Source of the DNA: Paludibacter sp.
Lineage (GTDB): Bacteria > Bacteroidota > Bacteroidia > Bacteroidales > Paludibacteraceae
Direction: 5' to 3'
Assembly (NCBI GenBank): GCA_034002585.1
Contig: JAVFAG010000001.1
Span: forward strand, 25,202-89,201
DNA length: 64,000 nucleotides
The position numbers and the translations under genes were made by a program. This document shows positions 39,268 to 48,552 of this stretch, one piece after another. Position 1 is the stretch's first letter. The number at the start of each line of letters is the position of its first letter. Under the pieces are notes generated by a model that worked only from the letters and a program-made list of their open reading frames with translations, had not been told where the DNA came from and did no database searches.

Positions 39268-40656
39268 ATGAATATTCGTTTTTTAGTTTTTACACTTGTC
39301 GCATCGCTGCTGATTACTTCCTGCTCCGATATTACCGTTTCCGACATGGGCAGCCAACTGCTTAATTCAGACGACCAAATTGCCGTTAACGCTGAAACCT
39401 TTACACTTCGGTCTGAAGATTATAAAGTTCCGGCCATTTTTGCCTACCCCGATTCCTTTTTGCTCGGTACATTTTACGATGAAAAATACGGCACAACTCA
39501 TGCCGATATTTTTGCACAGGTCGAAAAACCAGCATCGTATATATATCCGGCCAACCTTGGAATTGTACCCGATTCAGTGTATCTGACTCTCTATTACCAA
39601 CGGTATTTTGGGGATAAATATTCACCCATGCATATCAGTGTATACGAAATGAACAAGTCAACCTTTACCTATACACAGGCTTATCCATCCAATATCAATC
39701 CTGCTGACTATACCGATAAATCACTGCTGATAGGAAAGAAAACAATTACTGCTGTCGATGCTTCAGGAAAAACTGATTCAAGCACAGTTGCTATTAAGCT
39801 GACTAATGACTTCCTTCAGCGTTTTTCAAAAGCAACTCCTGCAATTTACGCCAGCGAAGAGGCTTTTCTCAATTTCTTTAAAGGATTGTATATCACTACC
39901 GATTTCGGTTCGGCTACTATGCTTTATATTAAGCAAATCAATATAGAATATTTCCATCACTATACCTACAATATTAAAGGAAGTACCGGTCAGGACAGCC
40001 TTGTAAAAGTAACCAATGTATTTACCTTTCCGGCTAATCAGTCGGTTCGTCAGGTAAACCGTTTCCTTCATCCCGATGCAAATGCCGTTCTGGCTTCGTT
40101 GCAGGCTCAACCCAAACAGTTTCATTATGTTTCGTCGCCGGCTAATATTTTCACTCGTGTGCGCGTACCCATCCGGGCGATGCATCAGAAAATGAATTCT
40201 TCGGATAAGCGCTTATTTCTCAACAGTGCACGTTTGCGCCTGGATATTGCTGAAATTGAAAACAGCACCTTATCACAACCTGTCACCGGAACACTTTTGA
40301 TGGTAAAACAAAGTTCCATGGATCGTTTTTTTGCACGCAAGGAACTTCCATCCGACACGGTGGCGGTTTTAGGCACATATACGCCTGAGCGAAATCCAAC
40401 AACAAATGAGTTGGAGTATTATTACGATTTCGATCTTTCACGGTTGATAAGCGGAGAGTTTAAAGCGGCCGGAAATAACAGCTCGCAGCTATCCGAATAT
40501 TCCGATTTCATTATCGTTCCTGTACGTGTGACCTACAACAGCAACAATCAGGCAACAAAGGTAAAGCATCAGATTTTGATGAATGCTGTAACGCTTTGTG
40601 GAGGCAATCATCCTGAGAAACCAATGAAAATCAGGACAATTTTCAGCAGATTCTGA
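39268..40656 (+). CDS. DUF4270-family lipoprotein
   Basis: Lipobox LITS-C; LLGTFYDEKYGTTHADIFAQ and FFKGLYIT motifs; usual neighbour of the short GlgA-like gene in Bacteroidota. Confidence 0.72.
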   Translation: MNIRFLVFTLVASLLITSCSDITVSDMGSQLLNSDDQIAVNAETFTLRSEDYKVPAIFAYPDSFLLGTFYDEKYGTTHADIFAQVEKPASYIYPANLGIVPDSVYLTLYYQRYFGDKYSPMHISVYEMNKSTFTYTQAYPSNINPADYTDKSLLIGKKTITAVDASGKTDSSTVAIKLTNDFLQRFSKATPAIYASEEAFLNFFKGLYITTDFGSATMLYIKQINIEYFHHYTYNIKGSTGQDSLVKVTNVFTFPANQSVRQVNRFLHPDANAVLASLQAQPKQFHYVSSPANIFTRVRVPIRAMHQKMNSSDKRLFLNSARLRLDIAEIENSTLSQPVTGTLLMVKQSSMDRFFARKELPSDTVAVLGTYTPERNPTTNELEYYYDFDLSRLISGEFKAAGNNSSQLSEYSDFIIVPVRVTYNSNNQATKVKHQILMNAVTLCGGNHPEKPMKIRTIFSRF

Positions 40657-40677
40657 TAGTATATTCAAAAAAATAGC

Positions 40678-40685
40678 TATCTTTG
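40678..40685 (+). promoter_or_regulatory. Bacteroidota -7 box (TATCTTTG) for rpsA
   Basis: TAnnTTTG followed by CACCCGCA, ~70 nt before the ATG. Confidence 0.75.
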
Positions 40686-40753
40686 CACCCGCAATTTTTA
40701 TATCAACATAAAGTCTAACCTACTATTTATTAGTAAAAAACAAGTTTTCATTC

Positions 40754-42856
40754 ATGGAAGAAAAACAAATTCCGGTTGAAGAAACCACCCCGATTGCCGA
40801 AGAGACAGTAGCTGCTGAAGCTGTTGTAGAAGCAACACCCGAATCAGAAGAAGCTCCTGCTGCTGAAGTTGCCAGCCCTTCTGTAACTGAACAAGAAGAA
40901 ACACCTGTAGCTGAAGAAGCTGCACCGGTGGTAATTGAAGAAGCTCCCACAGCGGTTAAACCAGCTCCTGCAGCACCTGTTGCAGTTGAAGAAGAGTTCG
41001 ACTGGGATGCGTATGAAAAAGGCGACACAATGACTTCGGATGCCAAGAAAGCACTCGAAAGTGTGTACGACAACACCCTGAACGCCATCAAAGACAAAGA
41101 GGTGGTTGAAGGAACGGTAATTTCGATTAACAAACGCGAAGTAGTTGTAAATGTAGGCTATAAATCGGACGGTATCGTTCCGATGAGCGAATTCCGCTAC
41201 AATCCCGAACTGAAAGTAGGCGATAAAGTGGAAGTGTACATCGAAAGCCAGGAAGACAAAAAAGGACAGCTTATCCTTTCACACAAACAAGCACGTGCTA
41301 CCCGTTCGTGGGATCGCGTAAACGAAGCACTCGAGTCGCAGGAAGTAGTAAAAGGTTTCGTGAAATGCCGCACAAAGGGTGGTATGATCGTAGATATCTT
41401 TGGTATCGAAGCATTCCTTCCCGGATCACAAATCGATGTGAAACCTATCCGCGACTACGATGTATTCGTGAACAAAACAATGGAATTCAAGGTTATCAAA
41501 ATCAACCACGAATTCAAAAACGTTGTGGTTTCGCACAAAGCTCTTATCGAAGCTGAACTCGAAAATCAGAAGAAAGAAATCATTGGCAAACTGCAGAAAG
41601 GTCAGGTACTTGAAGGTACCGTTAAAAACATCACTTCTTACGGTGTGTTTATCGACCTGGGTGGTGTTGATGGACTTATCCACATCACCGACCTGTCGTG
41701 GGGCCGCGTAACGCATCCTGAAGAAATTGTAACACTGGATCAGAAAATCAATGTGGTTATTCTTGACTTCGATGATGAGAAGAAACGTATCGCATTAGGT
41801 CTGAAACAATTGGTTCCACATCCATGGGATGCACTGAGCGCCGACCTGCAACTGGGCGACAAGGTGAAAGGAAAAGTTGTGGTAATGGCCGACTATGGAG
41901 CGTTTGTTGAAATAGCACCGGGTGTTGAAGGTCTTATCCACGTTTCGGAAATGAGCTGGTCGCAGCACCTGCGTTCGGCACAGGACTTCCTGAAAGTGGG
42001 CGACGAAGTAGAAACTGTAATCCTGACACTCGACCGTGAAGAGCGTAAAATGTCGTTGGGTATCAAACAGTTGAAATCGGATCCATGGGAAAATATTGAA
42101 GAAAAATATGCAGTAGCCTCACAGCACACTGCTAAGGTTCGCAACTTCACCAATTTTGGTGTTTTTGTAGAAATCGAAGAAGGTGTTGACGGACTGATTC
42201 ATATTTCTGACCTTTCGTGGACCAAGAAAGTAAAACATCCATCAGAATTCACTCAGATTGGAAGCGAAATCGAAGTTCAGGTACTGGAAATCGACAAAGC
42301 AAACCGTCGTTTGAGCCTGGGTCACAAACAAATGGAAGAAAACCCATGGGATGTGCTCGAAACCATGTTCACTGTTGATAGTGTTCACGAAGGTACAATC
42401 ATCGAAATGATGGATAAGGGTGCCGTAGTTTCGTTGCCCTATGGCGTTGAAGGTTTTGCTACTCCCAAACATCTGATCAAGGAAGACGGAGCACAGGCTC
42501 AACTGGATGAAAAACTGATGTTCAAAGTTATCGAGTTCAACAAGGACGCTAAACGCATCATTCTTTCACACAGCCGCATCCACGAAGATGTGAAACGTGC
42601 CGAGAAAGCTGCCGCATCATCTGACTCAAACGGAGAAGCTGCAAGAAAAGTCAAGAAAGCTAAAAAAGAAGAACCGGTAGTTATCCAGTCTGCTGAGAAA
42701 ACTACTCTTGGCGACATCCAACAGTTGGCCGATCTGAAAGATCAGTTAATCAACGAAGCCGCTGAAAAAATGGTGAAAGCTGAAAAGGCTAAAAAAGCAA
42801 AAGAAGTAAAGGAAGTAAAAGAAGTAAAAGAAGATAAAGCTACAGAAGAAGTATAA
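40754..42856 (+). CDS. rpsA: 30S ribosomal protein S1
   Basis: Six S1 repeats (EAFLPGSQID, DGLIHITDLSW, EGLIHVSEMSW, DGLIHISDLSW); acidic N-terminal extension. Confidence 0.97.
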   Translation: MEEKQIPVEETTPIAEETVAAEAVVEATPESEEAPAAEVASPSVTEQEETPVAEEAAPVVIEEAPTAVKPAPAAPVAVEEEFDWDAYEKGDTMTSDAKKALESVYDNTLNAIKDKEVVEGTVISINKREVVVNVGYKSDGIVPMSEFRYNPELKVGDKVEVYIESQEDKKGQLILSHKQARATRSWDRVNEALESQEVVKGFVKCRTKGGMIVDIFGIEAFLPGSQIDVKPIRDYDVFVNKTMEFKVIKINHEFKNVVVSHKALIEAELENQKKEIIGKLQKGQVLEGTVKNITSYGVFIDLGGVDGLIHITDLSWGRVTHPEEIVTLDQKINVVILDFDDEKKRIALGLKQLVPHPWDALSADLQLGDKVKGKVVVMADYGAFVEIAPGVEGLIHVSEMSWSQHLRSAQDFLKVGDEVETVILTLDREERKMSLGIKQLKSDPWENIEEKYAVASQHTAKVRNFTNFGVFVEIEEGVDGLIHISDLSWTKKVKHPSEFTQIGSEIEVQVLEIDKANRRLSLGHKQMEENPWDVLETMFTVDSVHEGTIIEMMDKGAVVSLPYGVEGFATPKHLIKEDGAQAQLDEKLMFKVIEFNKDAKRIILSHSRIHEDVKRAEKAAASSDSNGEAARKVKKAKKEEPVVIQSAEKTTLGDIQQLADLKDQLINEAAEKMVKAEKAKKAKEVKEVKEVKEDKATEEV

Positions 42857-42877
42857 TTCTTTCACTCTACCAATAAC

Positions 42878-42917
42878 ATCAGGGCATTTTCCACGAAGAT
42901 GCCCTGATTTGTTTTTT
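42878..42917 (+). terminator. Intrinsic terminator after rpsA
   Basis: atcagggcat-loop-atgccctgat followed by a T-rich tract. Confidence 0.8.
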
Positions 42918-43021
42918 ATTGATACAATAAGTACTGTATTCATCATTTTTAATTTTCAGAATTCATTTTTTTTTGCGAAATTTGCAGACTTAAAATGCAT
43001 TATTTTAAGAATATTACCATC

Positions 43022-44626
43022 GTGGACAAAACCAAGTACATTTTTGTTACAGGCGGGGTTACATCGTCGCTGGGAAAAGGAATTATTGCTGCCTCACTGG
43101 GAAAACTACTTCAGGCAAGAGGATTCAGGGTTACGAACCAAAAGCTGGATCCGTATATCAATGTGGATCCGGGAACACTCAATCCCTATGAACATGGCGA
43201 GTGTTATGTTACAGTTGATGGCCATGAGGCTGACCTGGACCTGGGTCATTACGAACGTTTTCTGAATGTGGAAACACATAAAGCGAATAATGTTACGACC
43301 GGACGAATTTACCAAAATGTCATTAATAAAGAGCGCCGTGGCGATTTCCTTGGCAAAACAGTACAAATTATCCCTCACATTACCGATGAAATTAAACGAA
43401 ATATCAAATCGTTGGGAAGTAAGGGAGAATACGATTTTGTAATCACTGAGATTGGTGGAACTGTCGGAGATATTGAATCGCTGCCTTACATCGAAAGTGT
43501 GCGTCAGTTGCGCTGGGAGCTGGGCAAAAACTGCCTCATCGTTCACCTCACGTACGTCCCTTACCTGGCCGCTGCCAAAGAGCTCAAAACAAAGCCTACC
43601 CAACACTCGGTAAAAGCGCTTCAGGAACAGGGAGTGCAGCCCGATATTCTGGTACTGCGCACCGAACACAATATTTCCATGGAAATGCGTAAAAAAGTGG
43701 CGCTCTTCTGCAATGTTGAACCTCATGCCGTTATGCAATCCATCGATGTTCCATCAATATACAGGGTCCCCCTCAACATGATGGCCGAGAAACTCGACGA
43801 GGTAGTACTCGCCAAAATGGGTTTCGATACTGCCACCACGCCTGCTGCTAATATGGACAAGTGGACCGCATTTGTTGAAAAACTCGAAAATGCGAAAGAT
43901 GAAGTCCGGATTGCCCTTGTTGGGAAATATGTTCAACTTCCCGACTCCTACAAATCAATTATCGAATCGCTGATTCATGCATCGGCCTACAATAACCGCA
44001 AACTTAAACTCGACCTGATTCTATCTGACAAGCTCAACGATGAAAACATCGAGAAAAGACTCGGTAAAGTAGATGGAATTCTCATCGCACCGGGATTTGG
44101 CACCCGCGGCATGGAAGGAAAATTTTCAGCCCTCAGGTTTGCACGTGAACACAACATCCCCTGCCTGGGTATTTGCATGGGTATGCAAACCATGTCGATT
44201 GAGTTTGCACGCAATGTACTAGGATTCAAAGATGCCAACAGCACCGAAATTGATCCAACTACCCCGAACAATATCGTTGATATTATGGATGAACAGAAAA
44301 ACGTGCTGGATCTGGGTGGAAGTATGCGACTTGGTGCTTTCGAATGTTCACTCACACCCGGAAGTAAGGCGGCGGCTATTTATGGAGAAACGACAATACG
44401 AGAACGTCACCGTCACCGGTATGAATTCAATAATGCATACAAAGAACAATTTGAAGCGGCCGGCATGACTTGTAGCGGAGTAAACGAAGAAGCACATCTG
44501 GTGGAAATTATCGAATTGAACTCCCATAAATGGTATATTGGGGTTCAGTTTCATCCTGAATACAGAAGTACAGTGGTTAACCCACATCCTTTATTTATCA
44601 GCTTTATACAGGCTGCAATTCAGTAA
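43022..44626 (+). CDS. pyrG: CTP synthase
   Basis: YIFVTGGVTSSLGKG, DPYINVDPGT, KTKPTQHSV, GICMGMQ, ERHRHRYE, QFHPE; likely GTG start at 43022 (ORF track gives 42995). Confidence 0.97.
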   Translation: MDKTKYIFVTGGVTSSLGKGIIAASLGKLLQARGFRVTNQKLDPYINVDPGTLNPYEHGECYVTVDGHEADLDLGHYERFLNVETHKANNVTTGRIYQNVINKERRGDFLGKTVQIIPHITDEIKRNIKSLGSKGEYDFVITEIGGTVGDIESLPYIESVRQLRWELGKNCLIVHLTYVPYLAAAKELKTKPTQHSVKALQEQGVQPDILVLRTEHNISMEMRKKVALFCNVEPHAVMQSIDVPSIYRVPLNMMAEKLDEVVLAKMGFDTATTPAANMDKWTAFVEKLENAKDEVRIALVGKYVQLPDSYKSIIESLIHASAYNNRKLKLDLILSDKLNDENIEKRLGKVDGILIAPGFGTRGMEGKFSALRFAREHNIPCLGICMGMQTMSIEFARNVLGFKDANSTEIDPTTPNNIVDIMDEQKNVLDLGGSMRLGAFECSLTPGSKAAAIYGETTIRERHRHRYEFNNAYKEQFEAAGMTCSGVNEEAHLVEIIELNSHKWYIGVQFHPEYRSTVVNPHPLFISFIQAAIQ

Positions 44627-44640
44627 AACAACTTTTAAAA

Positions 44641-46599
44641 ATGGATAAAAATACGATTATTGGCTTTCTCCTGATTATTGGAATTTTGATTGGCTTTTCG
44701 CTACTCAATCGTCCGAGTGAAGAAGAGTTAGCCCGTCAGCAAGCTTACAACGACTCCATCAGTGCTGTCTATCAGGCTCAGGTAGAAGCAGAAGCCAAAA
44801 CTGCAGCTATGCAACAGGTTGCCATCGAACAGGCAGGACCCGACTCAATTGCTTCCGATTCACTGGCTGCCAAACAAGCCCTGAATGCATTTGGCGAATT
44901 CAGTGCTGCCGCACAGGGCGAAGAACAAAAATATATCCTTGAGAACGACCTGGTGCGCCTTACGCTTAGCAGCAAAGGAGGAAAAGTACTTTCCGCACAA
45001 TTGAAAAACTACCTCTCGCAGGATTCCTCACAGGTGGAACTGTTTAACCAGGAAGAAGCCGACTATAGCTTTACACTGGCATTACGCAACAACCATATCG
45101 TAAACACCAGTCAGCTTTACTTTTCTTCACCGGGCGAAATCGAAACCGACTCATTGGGGAATCAAACGCTGACCCTGCGTTTGCAATCGGCAACCGATGC
45201 AAGTCTCGATTTTATTTATACCCTGCCAGCCGACGATTACATGTTGCGTTTTACCGTTCGTTCCAACCAGATGAACACCATAATGCCACTGGGATCGAAC
45301 TACATGATTTTCAACTGGGATGCTAAGATAAGACAACAGGAAAAAGGTCGTCAGTTTGAAGAACGCTATTCCACACTCACCTACAAGTATGTGGCCGACG
45401 ATATGGAAAGTCTGAACGCCGCAAAAGATGATGCAAAAAAAATTGCCAACAAAATAAAATGGGTAGCCTTTAAGGATCAGTTCTTTAGCTCGGTAATCAT
45501 TGCCGATAAGGAGTTTAGCAATTCTCTGCTGGAAAGTAAGGTAGAAGGAAAAGAAAGCGGCTACCTGAAAACCTACAAAGCCGAAATGCAGGTTGACCTT
45601 ACCGCTGCTACAGCCGGTGGAAACTGGGAAGATGTGAATTTCCGCTTTTTCTTTGGACCTAACAAATACAAGATCTTATCGGGATACGATAAAGGAATTC
45701 CGGCGGATGAGAAGCTGAAATTGCGTGATCTTGTACCTCTGGGTTGGGGTATTTTCGGATGGGTAAACCGCTTTGCTATCATTCCGATGTTCAACCTTTT
45801 CAGTCAGTTCATCGACAATTTTGGAATTATTATCCTGCTGATGACGGTGGTTATCAAACTGGTATTGTATCCACTTACCTACAAATCCTATGTTTCCAGT
45901 GCTAAGATGCGGGTTTTAAAACCGGAAATTGATGAGATCAATGCCCGTATTCCTGCCGATAAGCCTGCGGAACGTCAGAAAGCAACTATGGAACTTTATG
46001 GTAAGGTAGGCGTGAGCCCGTTTAGCGGCTGTCTTCCCACCCTGCTCCAGATGCCTATTCTGTTCGCTATGTTCAGCTTTTTCCCTGCATCTATCGAACT
46101 TCGTGGCGAAAGCTTCCTGTGGGCAAAAGACCTTTCGGCCTACGATGCCATTGTTAGCTGGGATGTGTATATTCCTCTTATAACTCCTTACTTTGGTAAT
46201 CATATCAGCTTATTTACCCTGTTGATGACCATCGCCACCCTTATTTCGACAAAACTGAACATGGCCAATACCGCAACTCCCGATCAGCCGGGTGCGGGCA
46301 TGATGAAGTGGATGATGTACCTGATGCCGATTATGTTTATGTTCATCTTCAACAATTACGCTTCGGGATTGAGTTATTACTATTTTGTATCCACCCTGAT
46401 TTCGATTGCGCAGACCTATGCCATTCGGGCAACGGTTGATGAAAAGAAGTTGTTGGCTCAGTTGCATGCCAAACGTGCTGCCAATTCGAAGAAACAGGGC
46501 AAACCCGATGCTCCGAAGAAATTAAGCTTCATGGAAAAACTTCAGAAAATGCAAAAAGAACAGGAAAAAATGATGCGCGATCGTAACCGCAAAAAATAA
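44641..46599 (+). CDS. yidC: Membrane protein insertase YidC
   Basis: MDKNTIIGFLLI, FFFGPN, PLGWG, KMRVLKPEI, GCLPTLLQMP, FLWAKDLS. Confidence 0.96.
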   Translation: MDKNTIIGFLLIIGILIGFSLLNRPSEEELARQQAYNDSISAVYQAQVEAEAKTAAMQQVAIEQAGPDSIASDSLAAKQALNAFGEFSAAAQGEEQKYILENDLVRLTLSSKGGKVLSAQLKNYLSQDSSQVELFNQEEADYSFTLALRNNHIVNTSQLYFSSPGEIETDSLGNQTLTLRLQSATDASLDFIYTLPADDYMLRFTVRSNQMNTIMPLGSNYMIFNWDAKIRQQEKGRQFEERYSTLTYKYVADDMESLNAAKDDAKKIANKIKWVAFKDQFFSSVIIADKEFSNSLLESKVEGKESGYLKTYKAEMQVDLTAATAGGNWEDVNFRFFFGPNKYKILSGYDKGIPADEKLKLRDLVPLGWGIFGWVNRFAIIPMFNLFSQFIDNFGIIILLMTVVIKLVLYPLTYKSYVSSAKMRVLKPEIDEINARIPADKPAERQKATMELYGKVGVSPFSGCLPTLLQMPILFAMFSFFPASIELRGESFLWAKDLSAYDAIVSWDVYIPLITPYFGNHISLFTLLMTIATLISTKLNMANTATPDQPGAGMMKWMMYLMPIMFMFIFNNYASGLSYYYFVSTLISIAQTYAIRATVDEKKLLAQLHAKRAANSKKQGKPDAPKKLSFMEKLQKMQKEQEKMMRDRNRKK

Positions 46600-46608
46600 T
46601 TTTACCGG

Positions 46609-46654
46609 CGGGCAGGAAGGGGAATGAGAGCATTCGTATTTCTGCCCGTTTTTT
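46609..46654 (+). terminator. Intrinsic terminator after yidC
   Basis: cgggcagga...ttctgcccg stem followed by TTTTTT. Confidence 0.7.
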
Positions 46655-46676
46655 AACTACTTAACCTCTACCTACA

Positions 46677-47702
46677 ATGAAAAAAATGATGTTTACACTA
46701 GCGATAGCTATGCTCGGCTGTCTGTCGCATGCTCAATCAGGCACTCCGATTGCAAAAAACACCTTCCGGGTGATGAGTTATAATGTTGAAAATTTATTCG
46801 ACCTCGACGACGACAGTCTAACCCACGACGAGGAATACCTGCCCGGAGGCCTTCGTGGATGGAATTATGCTCGTTACCGCCGCAAATTAATCCATATTGG
46901 CCGGGTATTGGTGGCCGGTGGATGGAACCCGCCTGCAGTGGTTGGTTTATGCGAAATAGAAAGTCGCCGGGCAATGATTGATCTCACCCAATATTCACCC
47001 ATAAAAAATCTCGGGTATAAGTTCATCCATTACGAGTCGCCCGATGCACGCGGTGTGGATGTGGCCATGCTCTATCAACCTGAATTTTTCAGGCCACTAC
47101 ACCATCAACCTGTGCGCATTCATTTTCCACATGCACCAGCATCGCGTACCCGCGATATTCTGTACGTTGCAGGAAAGGTACCTACCGGCGACACCCTGCA
47201 TTGTTTTGTTTGTCATTTTCCATCGCGCCTGGGTGGTGAGCTGGAATCAGAACAAAATCGTATATTTGTAGCCTCGGTAGTGCGGGAGAAAGTCGATTCG
47301 ATTTTCAGCAGAAACATAAATGCATTGGTAGTTATTATGGGCGATTTTAATGATTACCCCGATAATCATAGTATGCTGAATGTACTGAAAGCTAAGGAAT
47401 ACGAAACAGTGGAAAGTCAACTGGTAAATTTGATGTTTCCTCTTCATAAGGCCGGCAAAGGCACTCACAAGCATGCGGGAGAATGGGGAGCGCTCGATCA
47501 ACTGATAGTGTCGAGGACGTTATTGCATCCGGGCTCAGCCTTTCACACATTGCCTGAAGGTGCGGTCATTCTGAGTCCTCCTTTTTTGCTTACCGACGAC
47601 AAGCAATACCTGGGGCAACAGCCTTTTCGAACCTATCAGGGAATGAAGTATCAGGAAGGATATTCCGATCATTTACCAGTATATATCGATTTTTATTATT
47701 GA
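46677..47702 (+). CDS. Secreted endonuclease/exonuclease/phosphatase-family protein
   Basis: YNVENLFD, GLCEIE, HFPSR, MGDFND, LDQ, YSDHLPV; signal peptide. Confidence 0.9.
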   Translation: MKKMMFTLAIAMLGCLSHAQSGTPIAKNTFRVMSYNVENLFDLDDDSLTHDEEYLPGGLRGWNYARYRRKLIHIGRVLVAGGWNPPAVVGLCEIESRRAMIDLTQYSPIKNLGYKFIHYESPDARGVDVAMLYQPEFFRPLHHQPVRIHFPHAPASRTRDILYVAGKVPTGDTLHCFVCHFPSRLGGELESEQNRIFVASVVREKVDSIFSRNINALVVIMGDFNDYPDNHSMLNVLKAKEYETVESQLVNLMFPLHKAGKGTHKHAGEWGALDQLIVSRTLLHPGSAFHTLPEGAVILSPPFLLTDDKQYLGQQPFRTYQGMKYQEGYSDHLPVYIDFYY

Positions 47703-47708
47703 ACTAGT

Positions 47709-48434
47709 ATGGATGTACAACTTTTTATTCCCTGTTTTATCGATCAGCTGTATCCTCAAACGGCTTTCAACACTATGAAAGTGTTGGAGATAGCGGGTTG
47801 CCGGGTGCATTACAATCCCGACCAGACCTGTTGTGGCCAGCCCGCCTTCAACAGCGGCTACTGGCCCGAAGCAACACAGCTGGCCAAAAAATTTCTTCAC
47901 GACTTCAATCCGGAAATGCCTGTTGTATCGCCATCTGCCTCCTGTACAGGATATATTATAAACCATTATCCAAAATTACTCAAAAATCGGCCTGATGAAC
48001 TGGAACGTTACCAGCAGCTTAGCACTAAAATTTATGAATTATCCGATTTCCTTATCAATATTTTGAAAATTGATCATTTACCCGGCAGTTTTAAGCACAA
48101 AGTAACTTTTCACGATGCATGTTCGGCCCTGCGGGAATATGGAATTCACGACGAACCACGCCGGTTGCTTCGAATGATGAAAGGCCTGGAAATTGTTGAA
48201 ATGAACGAAAGTGATACCTGTTGCGGCTTTGGAGGTACTTTTGCGGTGAAACATACATCCATATCGGCAGCCATGGCCGAGAAAAAAGTAATTAATGCAC
48301 TGAATACAGGTGTAAAGTTCATCGTCAGTACAGAGGCCTCCTGCCTGATGAATATAAATGGCTATATCGCAAAAAACAACCTCGATATACGTGGTGTACA
48401 CCTGGCCGACATTGTCTCAGGTGCTTTAGGTTGA
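47709..48434 (+). CDS. CCG-domain Fe-S oxidoreductase, LutA/YkgE-like
   Basis: FIPCFIDQ, QTCCGQPAFNSG, PSASC, HDACSALR, CCGFGGTF, SCLMNI. Confidence 0.88.
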   Translation: MDVQLFIPCFIDQLYPQTAFNTMKVLEIAGCRVHYNPDQTCCGQPAFNSGYWPEATQLAKKFLHDFNPEMPVVSPSASCTGYIINHYPKLLKNRPDELERYQQLSTKIYELSDFLINILKIDHLPGSFKHKVTFHDACSALREYGIHDEPRRLLRMMKGLEIVEMNESDTCCGFGGTFAVKHTSISAAMAEKKVINALNTGVKFIVSTEASCLMNINGYIAKNNLDIRGVHLADIVSGALG

Positions 48435-48509
48435 TAAACAAAAAATGGAATGAATTTAAAAGAATTCATCTATTAACAGCAACACAGTCATTATTTACAA
48501 AAAATGATG

Positions 48510-48517
48510 TAATTTTG
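48510..48517 (+). promoter_or_regulatory. Bacteroidota -7 box (TAATTTTG)
   Basis: TAnnTTTG 35 nt upstream of ATG 48553. Confidence 0.55.
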
Positions 48518-48552
48518 AAGTCGGAATCATTTCAATTATTACACTCAAATCG

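Noticed and set aside
40723-41133. 136-aa Ser/Ala/Thr-rich antisense ORF
   Set aside because: Mirror of the low-complexity rpsA N-terminus with no independent signals. The same reasoning applies to the many other short antisense or nested ORFs in the track.
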